From Catajapyx aquilonaris (taxonomy: Eukaryota), in NCBI GenBank assembly GCA_000934665.2, contig KZ538172.1, positions 1 to 64,000 of the forward strand: 64,000 nucleotides of DNA, written 5' to 3'. Made by a program: the position numbers and the translations under genes. How positions within the stretch are numbered: position 1 is the stretch's first letter; each line of letters starts with the position of its first letter. The notes below the pieces were generated by a model. It searched no databases and had not been told where the DNA came from. It was given only the letters and a program-made list of their open reading frames with translations. Of this stretch, positions 61,870-64,000 are shown piece after piece.

Positions 61870-62430
61870 TTCCCATGCCGAGAGCAAACGGATTGATACC
61901 CGAAATACTTCGTGATAAGATTAGTCTGCAGACTCTGCAACCCTGCCGGATAAAGATCAGAGAGCAAAACTGTTGACACACCATCCGAATCAAAGAAAAG
62001 GCCTTAGACAGCCCAGTGAATGATCGCGCATTCTGGACGTAAGTGAATTCACTTATGTCAAGAATGAGCGTTCAAAGGGACTTGATTCTCGTAGACTACA
62101 GTGTTGCAGAACGATATCGATATAGCCTATAATTTCTCCAAAAGAGGGCGACGGGTTTTGACATATATATCAAGGAGATAGATAGCAGCAGAGGTTATCC
62201 GGATTCAAACTCCAGTTCGATCCAGACTCAATAAATACGTTTGGCAAATAGACTTTGCGTCAAGGGGACTTATGTAAATAGGGCTGGCACTGGCCTCTTC
62301 CCGGAAGGATCGCAGAAGAGAAGGCCAAGGAAGCCTTCTAATAACTTGGGCCTTCCCCAGCTATCTTATTGCTCTTTCCACACCTTCATTACTCTTATCC
62401 GAATGATTGATGTCCATGTGTAATTATGTT
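61870..62430 (+). mobile_element. Possible degraded LINE ORF2 fragment
   Basis: One frame with 4 internal stops reads NDRAFWT...GYPD...GLFP...KPSN, resembling the N-terminal part of LINE RT (FW, GPDG, GxFP, PxNYRxI). Confidence 0.3.
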
Positions 62431-64000
62431 TGGCGAAAAAAATAACATTTACGTAGCGTAAGTACTTTTATCAACTCTAATAGTTCCCGACAAGATAACA
62501 CCTTTCACAACCACATCAATTGTTTATCGTACGTACTATCTGTATTCCTCCGACAATATATCTCTCTTGTCCGCTGTACCCTACATCCGATGTGTCCACA
62601 CTCGAGTATACCAGGATTATCCTAGATTTGTTGTTATCTCCGGAGAAACTTTAGCCAGAACAAGTTTCACCTGCTGGTTGTGCATACATCCAAGAATGAT
62701 GGAAGAATAAGTAGTTCGTTGTATCACTTTGTATGCTATCAGCTCGTCCAAGAGACCTCCAAACGCCTTTGTCAACTCGACACCGAATCAAGAGCAAACA
62801 CAGAATCTCAGGGTCTCTGACCCATCTTTGACCATATATGACGCCAAACGTGTTTTCAGACTCAGCCTTGTGGTCTAGTTTGTCATCAAATATTCTGTAA
62901 TCGGAGTACTCCCTCTAATCCAATAATAAGCTAATGAGCAAAAGGCAGTCTCCAGACTCTCTCATTAGCCCATGTCAAAATTGGGAGGGCATGAAAAGTA
63001 ATTCGATCGCTTCTATGCTACCGGGTTCTGGTAATGTCAACAGCCTCCATATAATCACGGAAGGCACCAAATAAAATGCATTCTTGTCATTTCTCTCGCG
63101 AATGATTGGAATTCTTTGCAGCTCTCGGTTGTAGTGCAAAAAAATTGCGCATACCAACATTTTTGCACTCCTTTTCTCCTTTGGTGTTTCGCGGATAATG
63201 TAGAAAACGCCTTCTGTAACATTGTTAGGCAAGTTCCGTTCAGATGTCTGCACTCCCTAATAATTTACTCTCTTGCGACAATTGAAAATTGATCAGATTA
63301 TTTAACCGAATAAAGTGCCGTAATGTAATTGACTGCCACTTGTGATTAAATTGCTTGACTCTACGAGGTGCCAGAACATTTCGCTCATCATGCTGTCTCA
63401 TTTAGCCGTAGCCTTGACACTCATCTTAGTTATGACGAATAATGCAGCTCAAGATTAGCATGTTATCGAGTTGTTATTAATAATAATTAATAGAGTAGCA
63501 ACAGCGCGGAGACCACGATATTACACGTACAAAGTGAAGGTACAGACTAAGATGCATGTCAACACTTGAGACATTGACCTCGAAAACTGGAATTGCAAGC
63601 ACTGCCATGATCATGGTCACTGCTTACGTCTGACCCTTTTTCCCCCCTCGTATTGCACAGATAATTAGCTGTCTCATATAGATATAACGAGGAAAAGTGT
63701 CATAATAACGCGACACAGTCCTGCGAACTGCCTTCCGAAAATTGAAGGGTTTTTCCCGAAGACTCACATTTCCGAGGATCGTTGATCTTCTATCAGCATG
63801 GCTTCGCGTTTTTTCCTTTCCCTTTTTGTGCAAGAGGTAATAAAATTTTCAGTTTCTGGATGGCTTCCAGATTCGATTGTCTAATGTCCTACGGCGCCAT
63901 GCCGTCTCTACAACACGTTACTCTTCTGGTCGTTCATCCCATCACCTCTGGCATACCACCACTAGCACCACTAAGGATTTCCCGATAACTACCAAGCTAT

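Overview
Eukaryotic (arthropod-like) genomic DNA with two intron-containing otopetrin proton-channel genes in tandem on the minus strand. The OtopLc-like gene has coding exons from 61153 to 52912 and appears 5'-partial. The OtopLa-like gene looks complete: putative first exon near 46390, proposed ATG at 44218, stop at 4046, about 890-900 aa. I rebuilt both exon chains by hand from GT-AG boundaries and codon phase; orthology labels rest on recalled Drosophila sequences, not a search. Most striking is the OtopLa extracellular TM5-TM6 loop, built from frame-symmetric (phase 1-1) exons including a 114-codon mucin-like Thr-rich exon; the N-terminus is similarly modular. Introns and flanks hold non-autonomous Helitrons, tRNA-derived SINEs with TSDs, MITE/foldback palindromes and possible degraded LINE fragments. 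There is a 197-N gap at 55731-55927. I found no prokaryote-type systems and nothing I can firmly call a new biological system.
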